From the NCBI GenBank assembly GCA_964016885.1, contig OZ024743.1, forward strand, positions 176,514,001 through 176,578,000: a stretch of 64,000 nt of DNA, in the 5' to 3' direction. The notes beneath the pieces are model-generated. The model saw only the letters and a list, made by a program, of their open reading frames with translations, was not told the origin of the DNA and did no database searches. Position 1 is the first letter of the stretch; each line of letters begins with the position of its first letter. Both the position numbers and the translations under genes were made by a program. This document shows positions 41,313 through 55,008 of this stretch, piece after piece. The stretch comes from Eledone cirrhosa (Eukaryota).

Positions 41313-41821
41313 CTATATGTATATATATATATATATATATATAGTGTAGGTGATTCAGTGAAATAATGATGTATCTCTCTCTCTCTATATATATATATAT
41401 ATCTAAGTATACGAGGTATCGTTTAAGGTTATCTAAGGTCAGGTTATGAATAATTTTTGTTAATCATCCTCTTAAATATATATATATATATATATATATA
41501 ATAGTGTTTTATTTTACGCCTATCACAGTGTGAATTGAACGGTAGATTTTAAAAATATTGTGATAACAAAGATGTTGCAGTTCTTTATAGGTCCATATAT
41601 TTCAGGATAAAATCTTTTATCAAACGATTAATAGAAGAAACTAGATTGGAGCTGTATATTTGTTGTCACTTTTATGTTAATTTATTTTGTTTTTTTCATG
41701 TTAGTGTGTGTGCATGTTTCAAATGTACTCACTGTCGATATTTAATCATTGAAAGCAATAGTTGAAAGCATGGTGTAGAATACCGCTGGAGCCGGAAAAA
41801 CGTGAACAAAGGCGCTTCAGT

Positions 41822-41892
<71 letters not shown>

Positions 41893-42711
41893 GTCTGTGT
41901 GTGGGTGTGTGCGCGCGTGCGTGTGTGTGTGTCTGTGTGTGCATTTGTGAGTGTGCGTGTGCATTATCTGTGTGTATGTGCGTGTATCAATGTGTATGTA
42001 TGAAGGATCATGTGCTTGTGTTTTGCTTCTAAAATTAATTTTACATGTCAACGGCAAAGAACAAAGAACACTAAAGATTAAAACTTTGATTGCATTTTAC
42101 GAAATAGAAACGCACTTCCACTCAGTACCTCATACACAAACCTTTTCTCGCTTAACACTTTATAGAATACACTAAAAACGATTAACTATTCCCCGTTAAC
42201 AAAATGTCAACCATGAAAATGAAACAAAACACAAATTACAGATAATATGTATTAGCTAACCCTTAAAACTCAATTGCGAATTACGCAAGATATAGAGCCA
42301 TTAATTTTGTGGATTCCTAAATTAAGTAAAAACATTGTGCAAAGTTAGAAAAATATACTTTAGTTAAATGTCTCTGTTGGTAATTATAGTTTACTTTCAT
42401 CTTTCTTTTAATCTTATTTTTATTTGTAGCATACTTCAATTTATAAATTTGTAAACAACGTTTTCTTCAGAAGATTTAAATTACCAACAAAGAAAAAACA
42501 AATTTGAGTTCAGTATTTGAAATAATAGAATATTCTGAAATCTGAACAAAGAATCTGATGAGAGAGCAAAACCTCTCGTTGTCTCTAAGGCTGATACTAT
42601 CTGCCATTCGCAACTTCTCACAGGAGGTGGCTGAATCTGAACTCCAAACATATTGAGCCAGATAAAGTACTACACACACACATATACATGTATATATATA
42701 TATATATACAT

Positions 42712-42839
<128 letters not shown>

Positions 42840-42842
42840 ATG

Positions 42843-42938
42843 TCGGTGTCATACATTTTCCTATTACCCACTCTACTACCCTAAGTATTGAGTACTCTGA
42901 TGCGTTATGGTCCATCTGGTTCCTTACCACAACACCTT

Positions 42939-42941
<3 letters not shown>
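42843..42941 (+). mobile_element. Short solo 3' pseudo-LTR fragment of the 32.7-36.3 kb PLE family
   Basis: Reverse complement of 36015-36115, lying between microsatellites. Confidence 0.8.
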
Positions 42942-42995
<54 letters not shown>

Positions 42996-43000
<5 letters not shown>

Positions 43001-43556
43001 AAATATAGAGAAAAATACTGCAGGTAGCACATGGATAACATGTAATAAAATGAGTCCCTCATCAGTGATTTACCGACGATCATAGATATTTCATTGCATT
43101 AAAAATCATATACCTTACGTCGGTGCAATAATAACCAAAATAAGTTATTAGGACAATTAAAACGCGTAAAGCGAGTGAGACAGGAGAACAACAAAGAGTA
43201 CGGCTAACCAGGGGAAAGAAACAAGCTTCAAAAATTATTCTGTTTAGCATAAGCTAGGTGAATATATGAGCGCTTTTAGGACAGACCCGACACGAGCGAA
43301 GGCTATGTGAGAGAGAAAAATAGCCTTCGTGGTGTAAAGGATGAAATGAGGAGAAGAGAGAGAAACAGTGAGTGAGTGAAAGTGTGAGGAAGAGTTAACT
43401 GACATGACGGAGGGGGAGAAACAGAGAGAATGGGGGAACAGTAAGAGAGAGAGAAAAAAACACAGAATCGCAGTGGTAAATATATGTAATAAAATATAGA
43501 GAAAAATACTGCAGGTAGCACATGGATAACATGTAATAAAATGAGTCCCTCATCAG
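42996..43556. repeat. 70-bp direct repeats 491 bp apart, (TA)n-flanked
   Basis: TAATAAAATATAGAGAAAAATACTGCAGG...GAGTCCCTCATCAG at 42996-43065 and 43487-43556. Confidence 0.85.
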
Positions 43557-43679
43557 ATATATATATATATATTTGAAAAGGACGTAAGGTACTATACAAA
43601 ACAGTCGTTATAGGTGGAATTGGAAATAGCACGGAAAATATATTTAAGACTCTGTTTTTCTTTTTTTCTTCTTTGATTC

Positions 43680-43851
43680 GTCAAGGTGACACTATTGCAA
43701 GAATGAGAGGGATAATTATGTCAAGGTGACATTATCTCAAGGTGACATTATTGCAAGAATGAGAGGATAATTATGTCAAGGTGACATTATTGCAAGAATG
43801 AGAAGGATAATTATGTCAAGGTGACATTATTGCAAGAATGAGAGGATAATT
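43680..43851. repeat. About 39-bp minisatellite, about 4 copies
   Basis: GTCAAGGTGACATTATTGCAAGAATGAGAGGATAATTAT repeated. Confidence 0.9.
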
Positions 43852-44014
43852 CTTTTTTAAAAAGAATTTTATAATGTATATAAAATATATAAAATATAAC
43901 CGGTTTTGATGTATCACTGAAATCCATCTTATCAAATGTTGAGTATTACAATTAAACAGAATTAAAAGGTATAAAAGGTATTAAGAGGAATGTTGCGAGG
44001 AAGACTGGATCTCT

Positions 44015-44136
<122 letters not shown>

Positions 44137-44295
44137 TTTGACCGTTGGTCAGTCAGTGGTAAACATTGATGGCCAAATGAATTAGCTATGGAGATATAAA
44201 AGATGCAGAAGCGAAAACCAACCAAACAGTGAGTGTGTTCTGTTATTATTTCTGGCAATATTATTACAACAATATCACCCTCCCCAAGTATAACA

Positions 44296-44399
<104 letters not shown>

Positions 44400-44440
44400 G
44401 TGTAGTTGAATGTTATTCTCTTAAAAACGAGGAAACATAA

Positions 44441-45909
44441 CACCGTGTAACATAATTTGTTCCCCGGTTCTAAGTGTCATTTACTGGTTTGTTATATCCC
44501 ATTATTATTAAAAAAACACTATCATTTAATCAGTCTCCAGATATAGTCCTCCTTCATTTTTTCATTGTAGTGGTCCTGGTACCTCCGCTCTATCTCTTTC
44601 ACATCTTCGTGGAATCGTTCGCCTTGTTCTTCTCAGTAGGCGACCATATTCTCCTTGAATTTTTCCAGGTGAGCGTCCAGCATATGGAGTTTAAGCGACA
44701 TCCTGCATCCCATGGCGCCAAGAGACTTTATCAGATCCTGCACCAGTTGCTGGTAGTTTTCACCTCTGTAGTTGCCCAGGAAGCCCTTAACAACTGCCTT
44801 GAAACAGTTCCATGCTGTTCTCTCAATCCTATTGAGCTTATTGGAGAACTCGGTAGACTCAAACACCTTCTTTATCTGAGGTTCAACAAAAATTCCACCT
44901 TTGATTTTGGCCTCAGATAACTTGGGGAAGAACTCAAGAAGGTACTTAAAAGCGGCTGATTCTTGATTGAGAGCCTTCACAAACTGCTTCATCAAACCCA
45001 ACTTAATGTGCAGTGGCGGCATGAGCACAATCCTGGTATCAACCAGTGGCTCGTACATGACGTTCCGGGTCCCAACTATAAATTCTGTTCACTGCTCCCA
45101 GTTCTTTCTTTTGTAGTGGTCAGAGGTGGCTCTGCTGTCCCAGAAGCAGAGGAAGCATTGGAATTTGATAAAGCCTCCTTAGAGTCCAAGCAGGAAAGCC
45201 ACCATCTTGAAGTCTCCAATGATTTCCCAATTGTACTTGTTGTATTGCAGAGCTTCCAAGAGGACTTTCACACTGTAGTAATCTTCCTTCGGGCAGACTG
45301 AATGAACTAGGGGCAGTGTCGGGAACTTGTTTCCATTGTGGAGGAGGACAGCCTTCAAACTTGTGGTGGAGCTGTCTATATTTAGACATCCAATAACGTC
45401 AAACAGTCCAGGCACGTAATGGCAGAAGCAGAGGCCATCCCTAAGACTGTAAAAGCCTGAGAAAGGTTCGTGTCGACTTCTCTGACTTGTCACCTGCACT
45501 TCCTCCTTGACCAAGTTCCACTGCTTCATCCTGGAGACGAATGCCTAAAACACAACTTACCCTTTATTCAGGGTGCGAAAATCCAGTATCAATAAATCTC
45601 TTTAATCCATTTTTTAACAATTTTATACTTTATTGCACTTTTATAATTTTCTTTAGGTATTACTCATTATTTTATAATTTTAATTTAACCTGAAACATAT
45701 ATAAAAAAAGATCATTTAACATAAGCAAATAAAACTTACATACAACGTAAAATCCAACATACAAATAATTCTAGTGAATAGCTTAGAATTTTTACAAACC
45801 CAAACTTTTACCTGTTTAATAGCACTTTTTTATTTATTTGAAACCTAAGCAACCCAAAAAGGTGATTACAAGCCAGGAACGGATAAAAAACTGTTTTTGT
45901 TACACGGTG
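44441..45909 (-). mobile_element. Internally deleted DNA transposon, Chapaev3/CMC-like
   Basis: 12-bp TIR CACCGTGTAACA (44441-44452) / TGTTACACGGTG (45898-45909); minus-strand transposase remnants IDSS..SLKAVLLHNGN, GDFKMVAFLLG, PPLHIKLGLMKQFVKAL, MSLKLH. Superfamily assigned from recalled motifs; no matching TSD seen. Confidence 0.8.
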
Positions 45910-46915
45910 AAGTATAGTGGATACGTAATTGTATTTAAGGATAAAACATACCACCCCATTTCGTTTTTCGTTTTTCTTTGTCTCTTTTTTTCCAGTTAAT
46001 AAATTGTTGGAAAATACTGTAATAGATTCCGTTCCTTATTGATATAGGCATCTAGACTTATTGGCTTTGGGAGATTTTGGAGCTGTTAAAGACCAGGTTT
46101 TGCCTACTCACTGAAATTACAGAAATCTTTATAAGGGCTCGCTTCAATATTACAAGGATACATTCGCTGAAACTGTTTTTAAATATAAAACAACTTACAT
46201 AATTACCCAACCTAGTATCTCTAGTCTAAACAGACGTAGAAACATCAGTTGGTTTAACCCAGGCTTTAATTTAGCAATGTCTACCCCAGTAGCTAGACGT
46301 TTCTTTAAATTATATAACCTTGGCTGGTCTCGCAAGGAGATCCATCGGGATCAATTGCTTCAGACAGAACTCACTGAAAGGCGTGCTTGACAGCTCTGCC
46401 TCAACGCCACTCTGAAGAAGAAGAAGAAGAAGAAGAAGAAGAAGAAGAAGAAGAAGAAGAAGAAGAAGAAGAAGAAGAAGAAGAAGAAGAAGAAGAAGAA
46501 GAAGAAGAAGAAGAAGAAGAAGAAGAAGAAGAAGAAGAACAACAACAACAACAACAACTTTTCTATACACAACAATTATCAAATTCTTAACAGAAACAAA
46601 ATTAGGTCTTCCTAAGCAATCACCCATAACTTCGCTAGAATCTCGTTTCCTTTAATATCTGTAACTATAAGAACTACACACCAAACAGTTCGAATGGTTT
46701 CCTATCTTTAATAAACTCCTCCCCAGTTAAGTTGTCCTTCCCTTGTATCCTGTCCAATTTCTTAATTAACCCCCAACCCCACACCCCGCCCCACCACCTC
46801 GCCCCCACCACCCCGCCCAGCCGATTAGCAACCCATAAAAGCTCTGAACGTATTTTCGTTTTCTCCAGTTAACAGAACTGTTCATGATATAGATATCGTT
46901 TCATATATTCATATG

Positions 46916-47051
<136 letters not shown>

Positions 47052-47289
47052 GTGTGTGTGTGTATGCGCACGGTGCCTGTGATTGTCTCCAGTGCTACAC
47101 CGGATATCTACATTCTATACGTTCGTTCAGGCGACAAATGATTTTCTTGCCTGAACGACCGCACACAAGCATATATGTATATGAATAGGAAGGTAATAAT
47201 GGAAACCACTTTAGCAGCGCAAGATTGGAGGAAACTACATAATCTTGAACTTAATCTTGTGTGTATGTGTGGATTTGTATGTGCGTGTG

Positions 47290-47382
<93 letters not shown>

Positions 47383-47857
47383 TATGCGGTGTGTGTACTT
47401 GTATGAGTGGTGTGTGTGTATGCGTGTATTTGTGAGCGAGCGCACGCATGAATGCCTGATGTAGTCACCAAAAAATTCATGACGAAGAAACATCGATATG
47501 GGGGACAACTACACAGCCAGGCAATGATTAATGTGTAGGTGTTCATATAAAACATGGCGTACATAAAATCGACTCCATATGTAATGCAACGGTCGCTAAC
47601 CTTTTCGAACATGTTGTTATATCATTTTTGCATGTGTATTACGTTATATTAATAATGTAATATATATAATATATATATTACAATATATTCCAAGGAATTG
47701 CTAATTACATCGATCCAATATCTGGGATAATTTTCATCTTATCCGACGTGACATGAGTTCCAAATATATTCAAAAATGTTGCTTCTGAATCTCTATATAA
47801 CACCATCCCAAATGACAGGCAAATGCGTGTTTATGTATATATATATATATATATATT

Positions 47858-49308
47858 TATTAAAATAACAGATTAAAGTTTAAGCAAAGAATCGCTGCTT
47901 TCACCCTTAACGGGATCTTCTGAAACTAACAAAGTCAATCTGTAAACGCAGAAGTGGATATTTCAAAAAACGTTGCAACCGGAGGAAGACAGGAAGACGA
48001 TACTTTGGTTCGTGGAAACGTTCGCTGGCAAAGAACGGGAAAAAACGAATATAATACGTCATTAATAGGAGCGGTGAAAAACAATTACGCGCAAAGACAG
48101 AACCACGTTTTTGGTATAAAAGAGGTCGTAGACTAATGTTTTCTTGGGTGGTTCATAGAGACGTTCTCTGGCAATGAACGAAAAAAACGAAGATAATACG
48201 TCATATGTGGACCGTGGAGAACAATAGCACGCAAAGACAAAACCACGTAAATGGTATAGCAGAAGTCGTAGACTAAAATTCTAACTAGGAGACCGAATGA
48301 ATCTCCGCTACAGAGTTAAGAACAAAGTAAATAAATACAATACAGAAGTAATAGAAATAAATAAATACATACACGCAAACAAATACGTACATACACAAGC
48401 ATACGCAGAACACTTACCATCGGTATACAAAACCACGCACATATAAATGTGTGTGTGTGTGTATGCGTGTATACAAATAAATAAATAATTATATAAACGT
48501 ATATAAATAAATAAATACGTATATAACAAGCGCACACACATACCTACATATAAATACACGAATGTTCGGAGACGTAAGTCAACCAAAACATGAAGTACAC
48601 ATATACACACACCCTACATACGTACGAACCTGCAGACTCACACAGACGCAAAACTCCCGTATACACATAGCCAAACCATATGTACCAGAATATATAAAAT
48701 TATACGCCATAACATAAACACTCAAATATACGTACGAGAATGTATACGTCCCTTCACAAAACATACGGGTAAAATATACTTACCTATGCAAATAAGTAAT
48801 GGTATAAACAAAACATACTTAGCTCCCACATCAAGACGTAAAATATCCACGTATAGATCGTGCTATCCGTTAGGGTATAACGTGGGGCTGTAATACAAGA
48901 AAGTTTTGTGCAATTTATGTTTACAAGCCGAAATTGCCTCAGATTTTTTGTTTAAGATGTGGTCTGTGGCGTAGAGTATTTCCAGGGCCTCAGCAGCGCA
49001 GAGGTCACATGGTCTTTTATTTCCGTTATACGATCTAGCCCTAGCTAGGATCTCCCAGTGTAACTTATATTGGGTGTGGCTGTCTTTTAGACTCCAGATA
49101 TAAGCTGAAAGTGACGTCATATTCCTTCTTAGAGGGTAACGAAAAGAATGGGTATGCATGTAAAGACGCTGCTTGAATCTATTGGCGGTTAACCCTATGT
49201 AGGCCCTACGGGACGTGGGTGTTACAACCTTACATTTGTAGACAATGTTACTAGAGAGGCATTTCCCGGATAGGGAGCAATCAACCCGATTCCTACAATT
49301 ACAGTAGT
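47858..49308 (-). mobile_element. 5'-truncated PLE (GIY-YIG end, 3' UTR and pseudo-LTR), related to the 33.8-kb ORF
   Basis: 48863-49308 reads CNCRNRVDCSLSGKCLSSNIVYKC...AYIGLTANRFKQRLYMH...LSAYIW...CDLC..E; left end at (TA)n. Confidence 0.85.
47877..47927 (-). ncRNA. Type I hammerhead motif, U4A variant
   Basis: AGTTT-CAGAAGA-tCCC gttaa GGGt-GAAAGCA gcgattctt TGCTT|AAACT. Confidence 0.6.
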
Positions 49309-49981
49309 ACTAACTACAGGGTTGCACGTGTTCCTACGGCCAGGTAGTTTAGTTAAATTTGAAGCTGTGATGTTATGTGCAAGGTTTGTCATGTTGAAGA
49401 ACTGCTTGTGACCAAATCATTAGGGGTTAGGGAGCCAAATGGTATGGACAATATGGTAGAAATGACTACCAATGAATCCATTGTGGTAGCTGTTATAGAA
49501 AATGTAATAATTTCTCTGGGTGTGGTAAATGAAGGGTTCACATCCGTTAGCAAAGTGACGCTGATAATAGTCAGGCTGTGATTATGCATCCTCGGAATGT
49601 ATTCTGTCAGCGTATAAGTCGTCATTTACAGATTACGATTAGTGTCAAAGCCATACGTCGAGTACCCTCGCTAATGGATGAAGCAGTGATAGAATACTGA
49701 AATAAAACATCGAAACATGGCGAAAGGAGATAGAAAGAACACAGAAGGGTAAACAAAACATACTTCTACATGGTGCTAATGACTTGAGAGTACAGGTAGA
49801 TTTGAGATAGTGCTCTCATTCCGAAGGTATTTTGCTATGACGAAGTAACGTTCTTATATTTTGGCATGATCTGATTTGACAAAAGATGTTTATGATTGTT
49901 GATTTAATGAAACCTTGTGGAAGAAAGAGAACTTAGAGAATCGTGGTAGGAATGACGATGACCGTCTACGGTGCTCCCAGG

Positions 49982-50289
49982 CAGGGTTGGATTAGACCTT
50001 GGATTTAGTGCCTGGGGCACTTCAGGTTTAAGGAGACCCTCATACACAAATAATTAGGATACACAGCAAACCTCCCACTTTTACATATCAAAGTTAGCTT
50101 AGCGCAAGTCATTGGAACTGAAGGGTTATCTATACAGGTATTAAATTCAAATATTCTAACCATCCTAAAATTAAAAAGCCCAGCTGAGGGCACAAATAAA
50201 ATACTACGGCCGTCGCTGGTGGCACCCCCACTGCCTGGGGCCTGGGGCAATTTTCATCTTTGCCTCACTTCCCATTAAATCTGTACCTG
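49982..50289. mobile_element. hAT-like MITE
   Basis: Imperfect TIR CAGGGTTGGATTA / TAAATCTGTACCTG with 8-bp flanking duplication CTCCCAGG / CTCCCAGT. Confidence 0.65.
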
Positions 50290-50692
50290 CTCCCAGTAGA
50301 CAGTTAAATGAAACTGAGCTGTGGCTAGTGCCACTCTACCATAAATTAATGAAATTAAGCACAGAAAAGACCGAGAATACCTAACAATGCTCCAATATAT
50401 GGTAGAAACATTTGAGAGAAATACCAAAGAAAAATCCCCGTAGACGTGTAAATATGATATAATATATATGTGTTAGGGAAGTTACAGCTGTGCCCAGTGT
50501 GACTACATGGAAAACGAAAAGCGAAAGTGTTCCGCAATTGGCGCCAAACAACTCGGATGTTACCAGCCAGACATATATACAAATATAATCCTCTCTCGTT
50601 CTCTCTTACCGTCGTATAGAGCTATACAAGAAATATAAGAGATAATTAAATATTTCTAGGCCAGCTTTTCAAATTCTTCGAGGGTGTATATA

Positions 50693-50908
<216 letters not shown>

Positions 50909-50909
50909 T

Positions 50910-50959
<50 letters not shown>

Positions 50960-50963
<4 letters not shown>

Positions 50964-51568
50964 TCGCTGCCAACTCGTTTTCGAGTACGGCCACTATTTT
51001 ATATCCATATAGGAGAACCCCTACCGATGCGCTGAACGAGTGTGACTTTTTAGTCCAGCCAGCGACTTGAAAACTCTGGTACAAACACTACACCTGTGTC
51101 AATTATTGACACATAGTGCTGGGCCCATGGTACCATGTGACGACAAGTGCAGAGAGATCTCCAGATATAAAGCAGTGCCTGTGCCGTGAAGCTTTTATAG
51201 TGAGCAAAGGCACTGCACAAAGCCAGTCCCACTCTCTTAACCAAGATGATATTTACCAAAAAGAAGAACAAGTCAACATCATTGGATACCATCAGGGTTG
51301 CAGGTGTTATATCAGAGTTTTCCTTCTCCTAGAATTCTGCCTTGACAAAGGCTAAGGGGTCATCTCTCCCAGTGATTTTGGATGGCCATTGACTCTTAAG
51401 AGCTCTTTGCCCTTTGACAGGTTTTGTTTTTAGTCCTGCAGGATGTCCAAAGTCACCCTCCTCACCAAGGAACTTTGGTGGGGTTGCCAGTTTAGTCGCC
51501 AACGACCCGACCATGAGTCAGGTTGTACTGGGATACATGTTACCAGTAGCACCAACTGGTGACCTGAC
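50960..51568 (-). mobile_element. Interspersed repeat resembling an RTE-type LINE 5' UTR; shorter copy at 52566-53020
   Basis: 50960-51412 closely matches 52566-53020; contains TTTCCTTCTCCTAG...TGCC...AAGGCT typical of RTE-related leaders (recalled). Confidence 0.55.
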
Positions 51569-51590
51569 ATATATATATATACATACATAC

Positions 51591-51622
<32 letters not shown>

Positions 51623-51779
51623 GTACATTCTTATATATGACGCATGTAATATGAGATACGAAGAGGGAAAGAGAGAAAGAGGGGGGAGAGAACGAGAGAG
51701 AGAGAGAGAGAAAGAGAGAATGAGAGTGATATAGAAAGAAATGTGTGTAAACGTGTAAGAGATTAGCACACTTGCATAT

Positions 51780-51853
<74 letters not shown>

Positions 51854-52099
51854 GTCTATGCACGTGTGCGTACGTATGCACGCGTGAGAGCATGTGTAGA
51901 AATGAAGTATAAACTAGAATCTCTGGGTGTTACGTTTACGACCCAGATATGCCAAAATATTAAATATTATGAAAGGAGGGACATTAATAGAATCTTGTTC
52001 ATGTTTGTTTATAAGTGACTACTAAATCAGCTTCCACTTTTTTACTATTTTAGTCTGTGAATACACCTATTTACTATATATTGACAGACTAATATTATA

Positions 52100-52240
52100 T
52101 CAGCATAGAGTTATGGCCCTTTATGATCTGAGTTCAAATCCCGCCGAGGTTAACTTTGCCTGTCATCCTTACGCAGTCGATAAAATAAAGTACCAGTAAT
52201 ACACTGAGATAATTGCTGACCTTGTGCCAAAAGTACAAAC

Positions 52241-52282
<42 letters not shown>

Positions 52283-52477
52283 GGCAGTGAATTGGCAGCA
52301 TCGGTAGAGCGTCAGACATCGGTAGAGCGTCAGACACCATGCTTTACAGCATAGAGTTATGGCTCTGAGTTCAAATCCCGCCGAGTTTAACCTTGCCTTT
52401 CATCCTAACGGGGTCGATAAAATAAAGTACCAGTAATACACTGGGATAATTGCTGGCCTTGTGCCAAAAGTAGAAAC

Positions 52478-52482
<5 letters not shown>
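52100..52482 (+). mobile_element. Two tandem tRNA-derived SINE copies
   Basis: GAGTTCAAATCCCGCCGAG B box plus core, tail GCCTTGTGCCAAAAGTAGAAACAATTA. Confidence 0.85.
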
Positions 52483-52539
<57 letters not shown>

Positions 52540-53189
52540 CTGTGTGTGTGTACATATATACATACATGGTGGCTGCCAACTCGTTTTTGAGTACGGCCAC
52601 TACTTTATATCCCTGTAGGAGAACCCCTACCGATGCGCTGAACGAGTGTGACATTTTAGTCCAGCCAGCGACTTGAAAACTCTGGTACAAACACTACACT
52701 TGCGACAATTATTGACACATAGTGCTGGGCCCATGGTACCATGTGACGACAAGTGCAGAGAGATCTCCAGATATAAAGCAATGCCTGTGCCGTGAAGCTT
52801 TTATAGTGAGCAAAGGCTCTGCACAAAGCCAGTCCCACTCTCTTAACCAAGATGATATTTACCAAAAAGAAGAACAAGTCAACATCATTGGATACCATCA
52901 GGGTTGCAGGTTTTATATCAGAGTTTTCCTCCTCCTAGAATTCTGCCTTGACAAAGGCTAAGGGGTCATCTCTCCCGGTGATTTTGGATGGCTATTGACT
53001 CTTAAGAGCTCCTTTGCCCTCTGATATACATACATACATATATAAATACATACATACATATATACATACGTACATATTTACATCCATACGCGTGCACTCA
53101 CACACGCACTCACACTCACATACACACACATATATATATAAGGTTTGTCCCTTCTTTTACTTCCTTCATATATATATTTATATATAGCA

Positions 53190-53345
53190 TGAGGAAGACC
53201 AAGGTTAACATATGTTGATGCCCTAAGGACAGACACTGGTCTGTTGGAGATGCAGGATATGGCAGCGATAATGAGGGACAAAGACCGCTGGAGAGAACTC
53301 GTCCATGGATCTTGGGAATTTTACCCGCCTTAGATAGATAGATAG
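53190..53345 (+). mobile_element. 3' tip of an RTE-X-like LINE
   Basis: Reads [37 protein letters not shown] and ends in a (TAGA)n tail. Confidence 0.65.
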
Positions 53346-53497
53346 ATATATATGTATGTATGTATATATGTATATATGTATATATATATATACATATATA
53401 TATATACATATATATATATATGTATACATATGTGTATATATATATACATATATACATATATATATAATATATACATATATATATAATATATACATAT

Positions 53498-53544
<47 letters not shown>

Positions 53545-53565
53545 TATATAGATATATAGATATAT

Positions 53566-53632
<67 letters not shown>

Positions 53633-53641
53633 GATAAATAG

Positions 53642-53687
<46 letters not shown>

Positions 53688-53881
53688 ACGTTATCTTCTT
53701 TTTTTTCAAGTAGGAAAAAGCAAATCGCTTTTGACGTCTCTAGATAATGCCTGATCAAACTAAAAGTAAACACTGAGTTGAACAGGGAAGCACTAAAGCA
53801 TCTCTTTGTTATCAATATTAGACTATTACTATTATTATATTACTGTTTCATGTTTTATGAAATATTATTTCTCTATTCTAT

Positions 53882-54068
53882 AGGCGGTGGATTGGCAGTA
53901 TCGGTAGAGGGTCGGACGCCATGCTTTCCAGCATAGTTACGTCCCTTTATGATCTGAGTTCAAATCCCGCCGAGGTTAACTTTGCCTTTCATCCTTACGG
54001 GATCGATAAAATAAAGTACCAGTAATGCATTGGTAAATTGCTGGCCTTGTGCCATAGAAACAATTATT
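53882..54068 (+). mobile_element. tRNA-derived SINE, best-preserved copy
   Basis: A box TGGCAGTATCGG, B box GAGTTCAAATCC, conserved core GCCTTTCATCCTTACGGGATCGATAAAATAAAGTACCAG. Confidence 0.88.
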
Positions 54069-54604
54069 TCTCTATTCTATCCAATTGTCGCTCCAGCCCT
54101 CCTTTTATATAACTACATTGGCCAGCAACATGTATTTTAACCCTTCTCTTTAGAAGTTGTTTTTTTTACTATTCTATGTGTAAGCCATTTTAACTAATAT
54201 AGAAATCATAATCATCATCATCATCATCTTCATCGTCATTATCCTCCTTGTCACATTCATCATCATCTTCAAAATCCACTTCATCATCTTCATCATCATC
54301 ACTATCACCATCATCATCGTCGTCATCATCATTAATATCACCATCACCATCATCATCACCTTCATAATCATCAACCTCATCATCATCTCCATCTCCATCA
54401 CCATCATTATCAACAACATCCTCAACAACATAAGATGACTTCATCACTAGATCATTGGATAATGTCCAAACCCCATCAAATCCACTTTGCTTCCATTTTC
54501 CCGCGTCGGTAAAATTAAATATGAGGTAATTACAAAGATCGATATAATCGACTTTTTCTCCTTACCCCAAATTTCTGGCTTTGTTAGAAAGAACGATTAT
54601 AATT

Positions 54605-55008
54605 ATTGCTGGATCAGCAGAATCGTTAGAGCGTCGGACAAAATGTCATTTAATTTCTTTAGTTTCTGCGTTCAAATCCCGCAGAAGTTAACTTTACCTT
54701 TCATTGGTGGATTGGCAGTATCGGTAGAGGGTCGGACACAATGCTTTGCAATATAGAGTTACGGCCCTTTTCGGTCTGAGTTCAAATCCCATCGAGGTTA
54801 ACTTTGCCTTTTATCCTTACAGGAGTCGATAAAATAAGAAGTATCAGTAACGCACTGGGATAATTGCTGGCCTTGTGCCAAAAAGTAAAAGCAATTATTA
54901 CGAGATCGATAAAATAAAGTACCAGTAGCATAGTGGAATCGAAATGATCGGCTTTCTCCCCTCCCCCATCAAATTGCTGGCTTTGTGCCAAAAGTAGAAA
55001 CAATTATT
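54605..55008 (+). mobile_element. Cluster of nested SINE copies
   Basis: A complete copy (about 54705-54900) interrupts an older copy whose head (54605-54704) and tail (54905-55008) flank it. Confidence 0.7.

Noticed and set aside
42557-42583. CTGATGA followed by a perfect GAGAG/CTCTC stem
   Set aside because: GAAA is replaced by GTTG and no stems I or III were found.
43680-43851. CRISPR-like array or nuclear-receptor site cluster
   Set aside because: No unique spacers or cas genes and the context is eukaryotic; TCAAGGTGA is only a near match to TCAAGGTCA.
54174-54447. Acidic Asp-rich ORF
   Set aside because: Degenerate (CAT)n low-complexity tract with no splice or domain support.
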